Positions 38,937 to 47,532 of a stretch of DNA of 64,000 nt are shown piece after piece; position 1 is the first letter of the stretch, and every line of letters starts with the position of its first letter. The notes beneath the pieces are model-generated. The model saw nothing but the letters and a program-made list of their open reading frames with translations. It was not told the DNA's origin and made no database searches. A program made the position numbers and the translations under genes. Origin of the DNA: an uncultured Gammaproteobacteria bacterium. Lineage in GTDB: Bacteria; Patescibacteriota; Microgenomatia; UBA10105; UBA927. Location of the stretch: assembly GCA_964527425.1 (NCBI GenBank), contig CAZGOA010000001.1, positions 98,435 through 162,434 of the forward strand, given 5' to 3'.

Positions 38937-41466
38937 TCCATCCTCCTTGAATTACCATTGATCTCTTTCTCTTTTTTTCTAAAGCTAGTTCGTATGTTGT
39001 TCTCATAACATTTATTAACGTATCTACACGTTCATTCCAGTCAAAAGTTGAAGCCCATTGTTTTGCTTCTTTAGACATACGATTGCGCTCTTTCGAATTT
39101 CGAATGAGTTTCATTATTGCTCTGGCAAAAGCATTTACATTTCCAGAAGATACAAGCATTCCTGTTTTACCTTGCACAATTGAATCTTTTAACCCGTTTA
39201 CATTACTGCCAATGACCGGTGTACCAAATGAATTTGCTTCAATTACGGTTATTCCCCACCCTTCTATTGAAGATGGATGGACAGCAACCCAAGCTGAAGA
39301 AAACAATTCTGATTTTTTGTCTTCTGGGATATGACCTAAAAACTCAACATATTCCTGAATGTTTAATTTTTTTGCAAGTTGTTTTAGATGTCTGCCATAT
39401 TCTCCGTGTCCTGCTATTACTAGCCGTGAAGTGGGAATTAATGGATGAACCTTGGCAAATGCTTTTATAATCACATCTACTCTTTTATATGCTTTTAATC
39501 TTCCAAAATAGAGAATGCTTGGAAATTGAGACTTTTCAGAAATTAGTTGTTCTGAAGGGTTTATGATCCCTGGCTCAATAACAGTTACTCTTTTAGATTC
39601 AGCAAATTTATGCTTCACAATTTCTTTTTTTGATGACTGAGAAACAGTTACTAATAAAGAATCTTTATAGATCCAGGGCATTAGCTTCTTCTCAAGAAAC
39701 ATTGCAACATATGAAAAAGGAAACCATAAATGTTTTTGAAATACGTCTTGATGAACATGATGCACAACTAATACAACAGGAATTCTTGCATAAATGGGAG
39801 AAAAGAAAGGAATCCCATTTTCACAGTCAATAATCATGTCAAATTGACCTCGAAAAGCAAATAAATAATATATAGATGCCCATATATATACGGTATAAAA
39901 ACCACCTCTTCGAACCATTTGCACCCCATCAATTACTTGATTACGTACTGATCGTTGATCATTTCCACAAAACATCGTTACTTTATATCCTCGATCTACT
40001 AACCGTTTTGCAATTTCATGCAAATAAACTTCTGACCCTCCTGCCCACACATGTTTTGTATCTCTCCAGTTTAAAATTAATACTGATGGTTTAGTCTTTT
40101 CTTCTCTAGTTAAGGGGGTTAAAAAGCCCTCAACAGCATCTCGTAAGTTTCGTAATACAGTATCTCCAAATTGTTTATATTTATGTGTAAATATAATTCC
40201 TAATAGATAAAGAATTGCGGTTATTGAAACAACTAAGACAACATCACCCATAGTATTATGTCTAAAACTAATACCAATAAGCATTAGCATTGAAAACAAA
40301 AATCCAACTATAGAAAATAAATGCTGATCTTTTGACTGATAATACGCAACTATCCCGCTAGCAAGTGCAAGACATCCCATCGCAAATGTATACAGACTTG
40401 TATAGGGAGCTACGATCGATAGCAAACCTTCTTTATCCATAAAAAAGAGTGTTGTTTGACTAAATACTCCAAATGTAATCCAGCCAAAGATATTAATTAC
40501 AAATGTAATAATCATTATTGGGAAAATAATGTCTTTATCGTTTCTTCCTTCGCCTTTTCTTTTACTAATTAATGGATTTAAAAATTGAGTAAATAACACC
40601 CCGAGAAAATAAACAATTTTACCTATAAACGACAAGAAAACGTATTGACCTGCTTGTTCAGGAGACAAAAAATGTTTTGCTAATAACACATCGAGGTTTA
40701 AAAAAATAACAGAAGAAAATTTACTTAATAACGAACTAGCTATAAATGTTTTTGACAATGCAGCCTTATTAGATACTTTATTTTTCTTGATTTTTCTTGA
40801 AATACCGAGTGCGATGTACCAACAAAAAAGAAATGAAGTAATTGATGATATTGGAATTGCTATATAAAACCATGCAGATAAACGCATTTCTATAAGGATT
40901 ACCGTAAGCAGTAACTTAACTAGTACTTCTACAATTAATGAAATTGCAATTGCTCTAAATGCTAATACTCCTGATAAGAATCCAGAATCAACTGCAGCAG
41001 TAATACCTATGAGCCATAAAGGTGTTAACAGAATAAAGGGTAATAACCTATCTGTTTGAAAAAATGCTGCTAAAAAAGGTATAGATACTAGCCATACTAT
41101 ACTTATTGCAATCGCTGGAGTAATACTTTTTCTTCGTAATTGTCTCCAAAAATCTACTGGAGGAAACCCATGTTTGCCTAATTGATATGCAGTTGCATGA
41201 ACAATTGATCGTGAATAGGCTGATAATGGAATTTGAGCGATATTTAACAAACTACCTATTAATCCAATTACTCCAAATTCTGCTACTGAAATAACATCTG
41301 ATCGAACAAGGTAAACGCTATATAGCAAATTACAGATGTTTGCAAACATTGAAGCAAAAACAAGAAATATGCCGCTTTTCCAACTTTTTGAAGATTTTAT
41401 ATTTAGAATTAATGATTGAAGTAATACGATCATACCACCTATTGCGTAACTTGAAGTATGTCGCAA
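38929..41466 (-). CDS. Fusion of a Wzx-like MOP flippase membrane domain and a C-terminal GT4 glycosyltransferase
   Basis: 845 aa. The N-terminal ~430 aa is polytopic with the Wzx-type start FASMFANICNLLYSVYLVRSDVISVAEFGVIGLIGSLLNIAQIPLSAYSRSIVHATA. The C-terminal ~400 aa is GT4 (SVLILNWRDTKHVWAGGSEVY...HPSSIEGWGITVIEANSFGTPVIGSNVNGLKD). Confidence 0.6.
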   Translation of the reverse strand: MRHTSSYAIGGMIVLLQSLILNIKSSKSWKSGIFLVFASMFANICNLLYSVYLVRSDVISVAEFGVIGLIGSLLNIAQIPLSAYSRSIVHATAYQLGKHGFPPVDFWRQLRRKSITPAIAISIVWLVSIPFLAAFFQTDRLLPFILLTPLWLIGITAAVDSGFLSGVLAFRAIAISLIVEVLVKLLLTVILIEMRLSAWFYIAIPISSITSFLFCWYIALGISRKIKKNKVSNKAALSKTFIASSLLSKFSSVIFLNLDVLLAKHFLSPEQAGQYVFLSFIGKIVYFLGVLFTQFLNPLISKRKGEGRNDKDIIFPIMIITFVINIFGWITFGVFSQTTLFFMDKEGLLSIVAPYTSLYTFAMGCLALASGIVAYYQSKDQHLFSIVGFLFSMLMLIGISFRHNTMGDVVLVVSITAILYLLGIIFTHKYKQFGDTVLRNLRDAVEGFLTPLTREEKTKPSVLILNWRDTKHVWAGGSEVYLHEIAKRLVDRGYKVTMFCGNDQRSVRNQVIDGVQMVRRGGFYTVYIWASIYYLFAFRGQFDMIIDCENGIPFFSPIYARIPVVLVVHHVHQDVFQKHLWFPFSYVAMFLEKKLMPWIYKDSLLVTVSQSSKKEIVKHKFAESKRVTVIEPGIINPSEQLISEKSQFPSILYFGRLKAYKRVDVIIKAFAKVHPLIPTSRLVIAGHGEYGRHLKQLAKKLNIQEYVEFLGHIPEDKKSELFSSAWVAVHPSSIEGWGITVIEANSFGTPVIGSNVNGLKDSIVQGKTGMLVSSGNVNAFARAIMKLIRNSKERNRMSKEAKQWASTFDWNERVDTLINVMRTTYELALEKKRKRSMVIQGGWND

Positions 41467-43745
41467 TATGATGGCAGGTGAGATATATTTTTGTTATTTT
41501 TATTTGTAAAGGTATATTGTTCTAATACATGTTTAAATCCATCTGACTGATTCTCTTTTTTAAATTTATGTGTTTTTTTAATACGTTGTTTATGCTGTAA
41601 ATGAAATCCATGAACTGTTTTGCTCCAATAAAATGGGCGGTATATCATTTCAAAGAGAGATCGCCATGCAGCAATACTCATAGCTAGCCAATATATAGGT
41701 GTTAATAATGCATATTTAATGAGTTCATAGTATCCACGCTTTACACAACCAATCATATATATATACATATACATAAAATTTCCGAATACTAGAGAAAACA
41801 CTCCTAAATACAAAACAGGACCAGGGTAAAATGACTCAATAGTAGGACCTATAACGGATCTAAAAGCAAAATAAGAAATTGTAATTAACCACATAAATGG
41901 ATTAATTAACATTGATAATACTTTTCCGCCAACTATTAAATGAAAGAGAATTCCATCAGGTTGTGTTACGGTACTTGTAAACTTATGAGAATCTCTAACA
42001 TGCACTAAATAGGTTTGAATATATCCTTTTATCCAACGACTTCGCTGACCATACCAGTTCCAGGCTTTACTCGTTGCTTCTTCCATAGTTGTAGAATCGA
42101 TTACTGCAGTTTTCAATTTTCGCTTTGATAAACGCATTCCCAAATCACAATCTTCTGTTACATTAAATGCATCCCAGCCTTTTAGATCATGTAAATCACT
42201 AACTCTAAAATGATTTGAAGTCCCTCCTAAAGGGATTGGAGCGCCTATCGATTGAAGACCTGGCAATATTAAATCAAACCACAACGAATATTCGGCAGTG
42301 AACATGCGTGTAATAATATTTTGCTGTGGATTATAAAAATTTAGTTTTGCTTGCAAACATACAACATCACTTGAAACTTTATTAAAGGTTATTACTGATT
42401 TTTTTAACTGTAATGGATCTGGAATATCTTCTGCATCATATATCACTGCATAGGTTCCTTTTGCGCGTGATAGACCATAATTAAGAGCTTTTGGTTTAGT
42501 TTTTGGTTTACTATCAGGAACGAGTAATACTTCCATGTATTTTGGAATTGTCATTTTTTTTATATTCTCGATTGATTCAGAATCATCTTCCTCTAATAAC
42601 AGTAGTACTTGAAGTTTATCTTTAGGATAATTCATTTGACTCATTGCCCTAATAAATTGAGGCAGAACTCTCCATTCTTTATAGAGAGGACAAAAAATTG
42701 TATACGTAGGCCAAATATTATCTGGTTGTGAAATTATTTCTTGATCTTTAATATGATACTCATGCTGTGTAGAAAAACTTCGTGATACAAGAAATGCTTG
42801 AAAAAGCACATCTGCAAAATAAAAAAAAGTGAGTACTGCAATCAATATTACAAGTGTTGAGTGCCAAGAAATAATAAACCCGATCGTAAGAAGGAGTATA
42901 AGACCTATTAGTATTACTCCTTGATTAAATGTTAAACGCAGAAACGCTGATTCGGTAAAATCTAACTCTGTATGATGAATATATTCTTTTCCTTTGTGTG
43001 TAAATCCTTTCCCATATTTCTTTTGCTTTTCGGGATGAAAAGGAATTATGTGATTACCTAATAACTTAATGAGTATGGCATCAATAGCCATTGATATACT
43101 TGCCTTCAGTATATTAATCTTTGGTTTACCTGAAAAACGCTTTTCAAATAATATTGGATGAGACGTTAATATATACCCTGCATTTTTTGCTCTATATAAA
43201 AAATCTAAATCAAATTTCCATCCCTTACCTTGAGGTTTAATATGTTCAAGTACACTTTTCCTAAATACTTTTAATCCAGATTGAGCATCAAGCGAAATAT
43301 TAAGTAACTTTTTTACAAAAAAGATACGATACGATTTACTAATGATCGAACGAAGAATTGTAGTATTTCTCTCTTTGCGTTCTGCTATTACTATATCGAC
43401 TTGATCATGTATGAGTGTTTTGACCATTGCAGGAATAGCTTCAGGGGGATATTGTAAGTCAGCATCAATCATTGCAATTATCCCGTTGTTCACCTTAGAA
43501 AAACCGATAAGTAACGATTCTGCCTTGCCACTGTTTCCTAAGTTATCAATAATTTTTATCGGATATGTTTTTGCAAGTCGTTGTATTATAACTTTCGTAT
43601 TATCTGTTGAATGGTCGTTAACGAATATTATTTCATAACTCAGATTAGCTTTTTTGCATGAATTATCAATACGAACGACTAGTGGTTCGATGTTATTTTC
43701 TTCATTAAACGCAGGAATGACAATAGAAATTAAAGGTTGAGACAT
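41439..43745 (-). CDS. Dual GT2 protein: N-terminal DPM1-like GT2 plus a membrane-embedded processive (cellulose/chitin-synthase-like) GT2 with a QxxRW motif
   Basis: 768 aa. Domain 1 is ISIVIPAFNEENNIEPLV...FVNDHSTDNT...IDADLQYPP. TM helices follow. Domain 2 has YDAEDIP (DxD), VTEDCDLG (TED) and GQRSRWIKGY (QxxRW), and ends in C-terminal TM helices. Confidence 0.65.
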   Translation of the reverse strand: MSQPLISIVIPAFNEENNIEPLVVRIDNSCKKANLSYEIIFVNDHSTDNTKVIIQRLAKTYPIKIIDNLGNSGKAESLLIGFSKVNNGIIAMIDADLQYPPEAIPAMVKTLIHDQVDIVIAERKERNTTILRSIISKSYRIFFVKKLLNISLDAQSGLKVFRKSVLEHIKPQGKGWKFDLDFLYRAKNAGYILTSHPILFEKRFSGKPKINILKASISMAIDAILIKLLGNHIIPFHPEKQKKYGKGFTHKGKEYIHHTELDFTESAFLRLTFNQGVILIGLILLLTIGFIISWHSTLVILIAVLTFFYFADVLFQAFLVSRSFSTQHEYHIKDQEIISQPDNIWPTYTIFCPLYKEWRVLPQFIRAMSQMNYPKDKLQVLLLLEEDDSESIENIKKMTIPKYMEVLLVPDSKPKTKPKALNYGLSRAKGTYAVIYDAEDIPDPLQLKKSVITFNKVSSDVVCLQAKLNFYNPQQNIITRMFTAEYSLWFDLILPGLQSIGAPIPLGGTSNHFRVSDLHDLKGWDAFNVTEDCDLGMRLSKRKLKTAVIDSTTMEEATSKAWNWYGQRSRWIKGYIQTYLVHVRDSHKFTSTVTQPDGILFHLIVGGKVLSMLINPFMWLITISYFAFRSVIGPTIESFYPGPVLYLGVFSLVFGNFMYMYIYMIGCVKRGYYELIKYALLTPIYWLAMSIAAWRSLFEMIYRPFYWSKTVHGFHLQHKQRIKKTHKFKKENQSDGFKHVLEQYTFTNKNNKNISHLPSYCDILQVTQ

Positions 43746-43918
43746 GGAGAAATTTTTATCTGTATAATATTTTTTATAGGTTTATAATATACCAATTTGT
43801 ACGTGTGATGTCAATCACGATATAGGAATTAGTATCAATAAAATAAACAAAATTAAGTAAGTAAATTGGAGAATTTAGACAATAATACTTATTATTAGTC
43901 ACAACCTTTGTAAATCTT

Positions 43919-44800
43919 TTACACCTGGAAAGATAGTCTTCTTCGGGAAGAGATATGTTGTGGTTTTGTTGCTTTATTCGCTTTTAATAGTGCGAATTCG
44001 AATAGGTGAATTGATCTAAGGAGAGAATACACCACTACAGATAAAGGATTTGCAATAAATTCCAGGAATAACCGCGTGTAAATATAATACCTTCTTGAAT
44101 GATGTTCTAGTTTACGAATATCTTTATATTGCTGATAAAACTGAGTAAATGAACAATCTGGACGAATATATCCGAAAAGGCTGGTCGTATACTTTATTTT
44201 ACTCTGTGTTTTTTTAATTCGTTTAAACATAAACATTGATGAGACAAGCCTATTTAAAGAAAGTTTATGTACAAAATTGCTGTTTTTTATTGAATAAACG
44301 CCACTAACCATACATAAGGGAATTTGTGTAATATCATAGTATTTTCCAATTACTTTAAAGGCACTTAATCTGCCTGCGACCAAACTTCCGAGTATTGTAG
44401 TTGGATCTTCTGCTTCACATCTTCCTAATACCATGCCTATATCTTTTCTCTCAAATAAGGGATGAACCAATGAGTTTAAGCCTTCTGTGCTAATTCGGCT
44501 TAAAGAAACAGGCATTATTGCGAAAGCATCTGTTTTATATAACCATTTTGAGGCTGAACATTCTTTAAGACTTAATCGTGTGAACTTATCTGGTTGAGAA
44601 TATGGTCGATCATACACCCTGACTTTGGCTTCTGGTGAACGTGAAGATACGTTAATAATACGGTTGACGATAACGTCAGGAGACTGCTCCAGCGCTTGCT
44701 TAATCATCATTAAATGACGATTTCGCAAGTACCCACCGTAAAAAACTAGCGTTACCTGCTTTTTTTCACAAAAAACAGTACTTATTAGATTAATATCCAT
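43919..44800 (-). CDS. Hypothetical basic protein at the edge of the glycan island
   Basis: 293 aa, Lys/Arg-rich in the C-terminal third. No motif recognised. It is separated from the upstream operon by a 173-bp AT-rich gap. Confidence 0.3.
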   Translation of the reverse strand: MDINLISTVFCEKKQVTLVFYGGYLRNRHLMMIKQALEQSPDVIVNRIINVSSRSPEAKVRVYDRPYSQPDKFTRLSLKECSASKWLYKTDAFAIMPVSLSRISTEGLNSLVHPLFERKDIGMVLGRCEAEDPTTILGSLVAGRLSAFKVIGKYYDITQIPLCMVSGVYSIKNSNFVHKLSLNRLVSSMFMFKRIKKTQSKIKYTTSLFGYIRPDCSFTQFYQQYKDIRKLEHHSRRYYIYTRLFLEFIANPLSVVVYSLLRSIHLFEFALLKANKATKPQHISSRRRLSFQV

Positions 44801-44888
44801 AAGCAGATGACTACTATATCACAATATTGCAGTACGTCAAATTTATACGAAGAGTGACATATGTTAAAAAATAAGGGATACTATCGTT

Positions 44889-45218
44889 ATGCTTACTCAG
44901 AAACATTGTGTTCCATGTGAGGGTGGAACTGCCCCGCTAAAAGAAGACGAGATACAAACGTTTTTACCTCAAACACCAGGGTGGACGAGTATTAATAATA
45001 GTATGGCTATCGAACGACAGTTTCGCTTCAAAAACTTTAAAGAAGCCCTAGAATTTGTGAATATTGTGGGAGAATTAGCCGAAAGTGAAGGGCATCACCC
45101 AGATATTAACCTTCAAAACTGGAATACAGTAACGTTAACTCTTTCTACTCATGCCATTGGAGGGTTATCAGAGAATGATTTTATTCTTGCAGCAAAGGTT
45201 AATGAGATTCTGGAATAA
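44889..45218 (+). CDS. Pterin-4-alpha-carbinolamine dehydratase (PCD/DCoH)
   Basis: 109 aa. CVPCEGGTAPL...GWT...FKNFKEALEFVNIVGELAESEGHHPDI...W is the canonical PCD signature, including E-x-x-x-HHP. Confidence 0.85.
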   Translation: MLTQKHCVPCEGGTAPLKEDEIQTFLPQTPGWTSINNSMAIERQFRFKNFKEALEFVNIVGELAESEGHHPDINLQNWNTVTLTLSTHAIGGLSENDFILAAKVNEILE

Positions 45219-45222
45219 TTTA

Positions 45223-45426
45223 TCAACGTCGAAAATTACTTTTTAAATCTTCATAATCCTCTAAAATTGTTGCTAAATCTCTCACAGGAGTACGAGTATG
45301 AGGATTAGCTTCCAAAGTACGAGGTTCTGGTGATGGTACATAGAATGACTCATAAACATCTACAATTGATTGTCCGTTAGGCACCCCAAAACCCGGCAAA
45401 CTTTTTTGTTCTATTGTATTAGACAT
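45223..45426 (-). CDS. Small hypothetical protein
   Basis: 67 aa, acidic and Pro-rich, with no motif. It is convergent with the PCD gene. Confidence 0.25.
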   Translation of the reverse strand: MSNTIEQKSLPGFGVPNGQSIVDVYESFYVPSPEPRTLEANPHTRTPVRDLATILEDYEDLKSNFRR

Positions 45427-45459
45427 TTAAGAAATAATACTACTATAAGTCATTCTTTG

Positions 45460-45840
45460 TCAAGGTTTTGTGCTTAATTTCCATTTATCTTCACCATACT
45501 CTATTTGAGGTAAACTCCCAGGAGGCATTGCATTGATAGGAATGTTGAGTAATGCAGAGAGTGTTCTTGCAATTGCAGCTCCGACTCTAAGCCCTGTAAA
45601 AGAACCTGGACCAGTATGAATTGATATTTCCGTAATATCATTTACTGTTTTTTGTTGTTCAGTTAAAAAATCTTCTAGTTCTGGAAGTATCATTTGAGCT
45701 CGATTTTGGACTCCATCTATCTTTTTTTCACTTTTATTTACTCCGTCATCGAGACGAAGAAGCAATTCTGTTGATTTTGAGGAATCTATATACAATGTAA
45801 GCATATTATTTTTACATTCTTGGTATTTTAGTAATTCCAA
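45460..45840 (-). CDS. tsaB: tRNA t6A biosynthesis protein TsaB (YeaZ), unusually short form
   Basis: LTLYIDSSKSTELLLRL is ASKHA-fold N-terminal strand 1. EISIHTGPGSFTGLRVGAAIARTLS is the conserved TsaB GPGSFTGLR motif. Only ~115-126 aa. The start is probably the internal Met (MLTLYID at ~45804), which avoids overlap with tsaE. Confidence 0.6.
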   Translation of the reverse strand: MELLKYQECKNNMLTLYIDSSKSTELLLRLDDGVNKSEKKIDGVQNRAQMILPELEDFLTEQQKTVNDITEISIHTGPGSFTGLRVGAAIARTLSALLNIPINAMPPGSLPQIEYGEDKWKLSTKP

Positions 45841-46267
45841 TAGTATGTCCCTTTTCGGTAATCTGCATCTGAATATCTATTCGGTTTGAAGGTAAAGAAA
45901 ATCCCAATCTATCTGCCCATTCTATGGCAATAATATTATTTGCATCTGTTATTAATTCTTGAAAAGAAATAGATCTGAGTTCTTCTAGTGAAGTGATTTT
46001 ATATAAATCCATGTGGTAAAACATACGATTTTGAGCTAATTCATATAAACGCATTAGCACAAATGTAGGAGATAATAGTCTATCGTTCAATCCTAAACTT
46101 CTGGCGAATCCTTGCAATAATGTAGTTTTTCCGCTCCCTAACTCTCCATATAAAGCTACGATTCGGGCACCATCTACCTGCTGTTTTTGAATGTATGTTC
46201 CTATTTCGTAACCCAAGCTTTGAGTTTCTTCGGGATTCTCGGTAATAAAAGATTGAGGGAAATCCAT
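45812..46267 (-). CDS. tsaE: tRNA t6A biosynthesis ATPase TsaE (YjeE)
   Basis: 151 aa. TQSLGYEIGTYIQ...RIVALYGELGSGKTTLLQGFARSLG is the TsaE P-loop. HMDLYKI and EW motifs are present. Confidence 0.8.
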   Translation of the reverse strand: MDFPQSFITENPEETQSLGYEIGTYIQKQQVDGARIVALYGELGSGKTTLLQGFARSLGLNDRLLSPTFVLMRLYELAQNRMFYHMDLYKITSLEELRSISFQELITDANNIIAIEWADRLGFSLPSNRIDIQMQITEKGHTIGITKIPRM

Positions 46268-46599
46268 GCAAATCCTGCTCCAATTCCATCAATTATAACA
46301 TCTCTTATATGACCTTCACGTGTTGGAACAAATGTTTGATGTAATTCATCAGAGAGACCATATAATACACAGATTAAAAAACTATATATACCTATCCGGG
46401 CTTTATTAACCGTACTTCCGTATGAAAATGCTCTATACGTAAGTACAAAAAGGGTTGCGTATTCTATGACATGCAGTGTTTTAAAAAATACAAAATTCCA
46501 GGCGTATGTTTCTGATACAGAAATCCGTTGTCTGGTTGATAAAAGAAAAATAACTGAAATCAACAGTAATACAGGAATCCAATACTTAATTTTATTCAT
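46201..46599 (-). CDS. VanZ-like membrane protein
   Basis: 132 aa with four TM helices. LSDELHQTFVPTREGHIRDVIIDGIGAGFAW is the VanZ family signature DE.HQ...P.R...D...D..G. Confidence 0.6.
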   Translation of the reverse strand: MNKIKYWIPVLLLISVIFLLSTRQRISVSETYAWNFVFFKTLHVIEYATLFVLTYRAFSYGSTVNKARIGIYSFLICVLYGLSDELHQTFVPTREGHIRDVIIDGIGAGFAWISLNLLLPRIPKKLKAWVTK

Positions 46600-46646
46600 G
46601 CGATACTATTATTCCTTTTTCTCTCAAGTTCGTAAAGCATTTATCT

Positions 46647-47453
46647 TTATACATCTTCGTGTTTTCTGTTACTGATTTGTAAAACTGAAAATAATGAAAG
46701 TATCCCTGCACCTAAGCCAACCAATCCAAACGGAATGATCATATATGCTTTCTGTTGCACCTGGACTGAAGGGGATGCTTCTGTAAATAATACACTACTT
46801 GGAGTAGCATACTGTTGAATATATTCGCCCAATACTGTTTTTTCATTATTTTTATCAGTTACGGATACTTTTAATGGTAGTGTGGTACTTTGTGTTCTGG
46901 ATGGAATTGGAATTTGTGTATTTACGGCAGTTGGTATTAGTGTGGGTGTTTTACTTGGAGATAGAGTAGGTACAGGAGTATTTGTGGGAACATTTGTAGG
47001 TGTTGGTAAGGGTTTTTCTAAATCTATAGATGCCACTGTTTCTGACCAACGCACACTCGATATATCTCCATCTGATGCAAGTGTATAAAATCCTATTTTG
47101 AATTTATAACTGCCATTATCTGTAAATCCAGAATCACTATAATCTGATTTTACAACTAATGTTCCGTCCCACTCTCCTATTATTACCTTACGCTGATTTT
47201 TTGTTGCAATACTATTTTTTATCCAGGTATCTCCATATTTTGTATAGCCAAAATAATTACTCGATCCTTCTTTAAAGAATGCACCTTTGATATACAGAAT
47301 TTCCTCTGGAGTAAATCCAGATGGTGAAGCTATAACGATCAATTCTTGTTCCCCTTCAAGTAGATCAGTTGAAAGAGTAAACGTCATCGATTTTGCGTAA
47401 ATGACTAAGGGTTGTACAAATAATACTAAGATAACGACAAACCATTTCATCAT
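46647..47453 (-). CDS. Secreted surface protein with a Pro/Thr linker and a C-terminal TM anchor (hypothetical)
   Basis: 268 aa. A signal peptide, a beta-rich domain, a PTPTNVPTNTPVPTLSPSKTPTLIPT linker, and a C-terminal hydrophobic helix plus KHEDV tail. No LPXTG motif. Confidence 0.4.
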   Translation of the reverse strand: MMKWFVVILVLFVQPLVIYAKSMTFTLSTDLLEGEQELIVIASPSGFTPEEILYIKGAFFKEGSSNYFGYTKYGDTWIKNSIATKNQRKVIIGEWDGTLVVKSDYSDSGFTDNGSYKFKIGFYTLASDGDISSVRWSETVASIDLEKPLPTPTNVPTNTPVPTLSPSKTPTLIPTAVNTQIPIPSRTQSTTLPLKVSVTDKNNEKTVLGEYIQQYATPSSVLFTEASPSVQVQQKAYMIIPFGLVGLGAGILSLFSVLQISNRKHEDV

Positions 47454-47532
47454 TACTATAAGTGTAATAATGAAAGATTAAAAAAATATTAAATAATTAT
47501 TCTTTCTATGAGAAAGGACGCAGAGTTTTGAT

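Noticed and set aside
29122-44800. Mobile genetic element or integrative island
   Set aside because: There is a composition shift and AT-rich boundaries, but no integrase, transposase, recombinase, tRNA attachment site or direct repeats could be found. I report it only as a compositionally distinct cassette.
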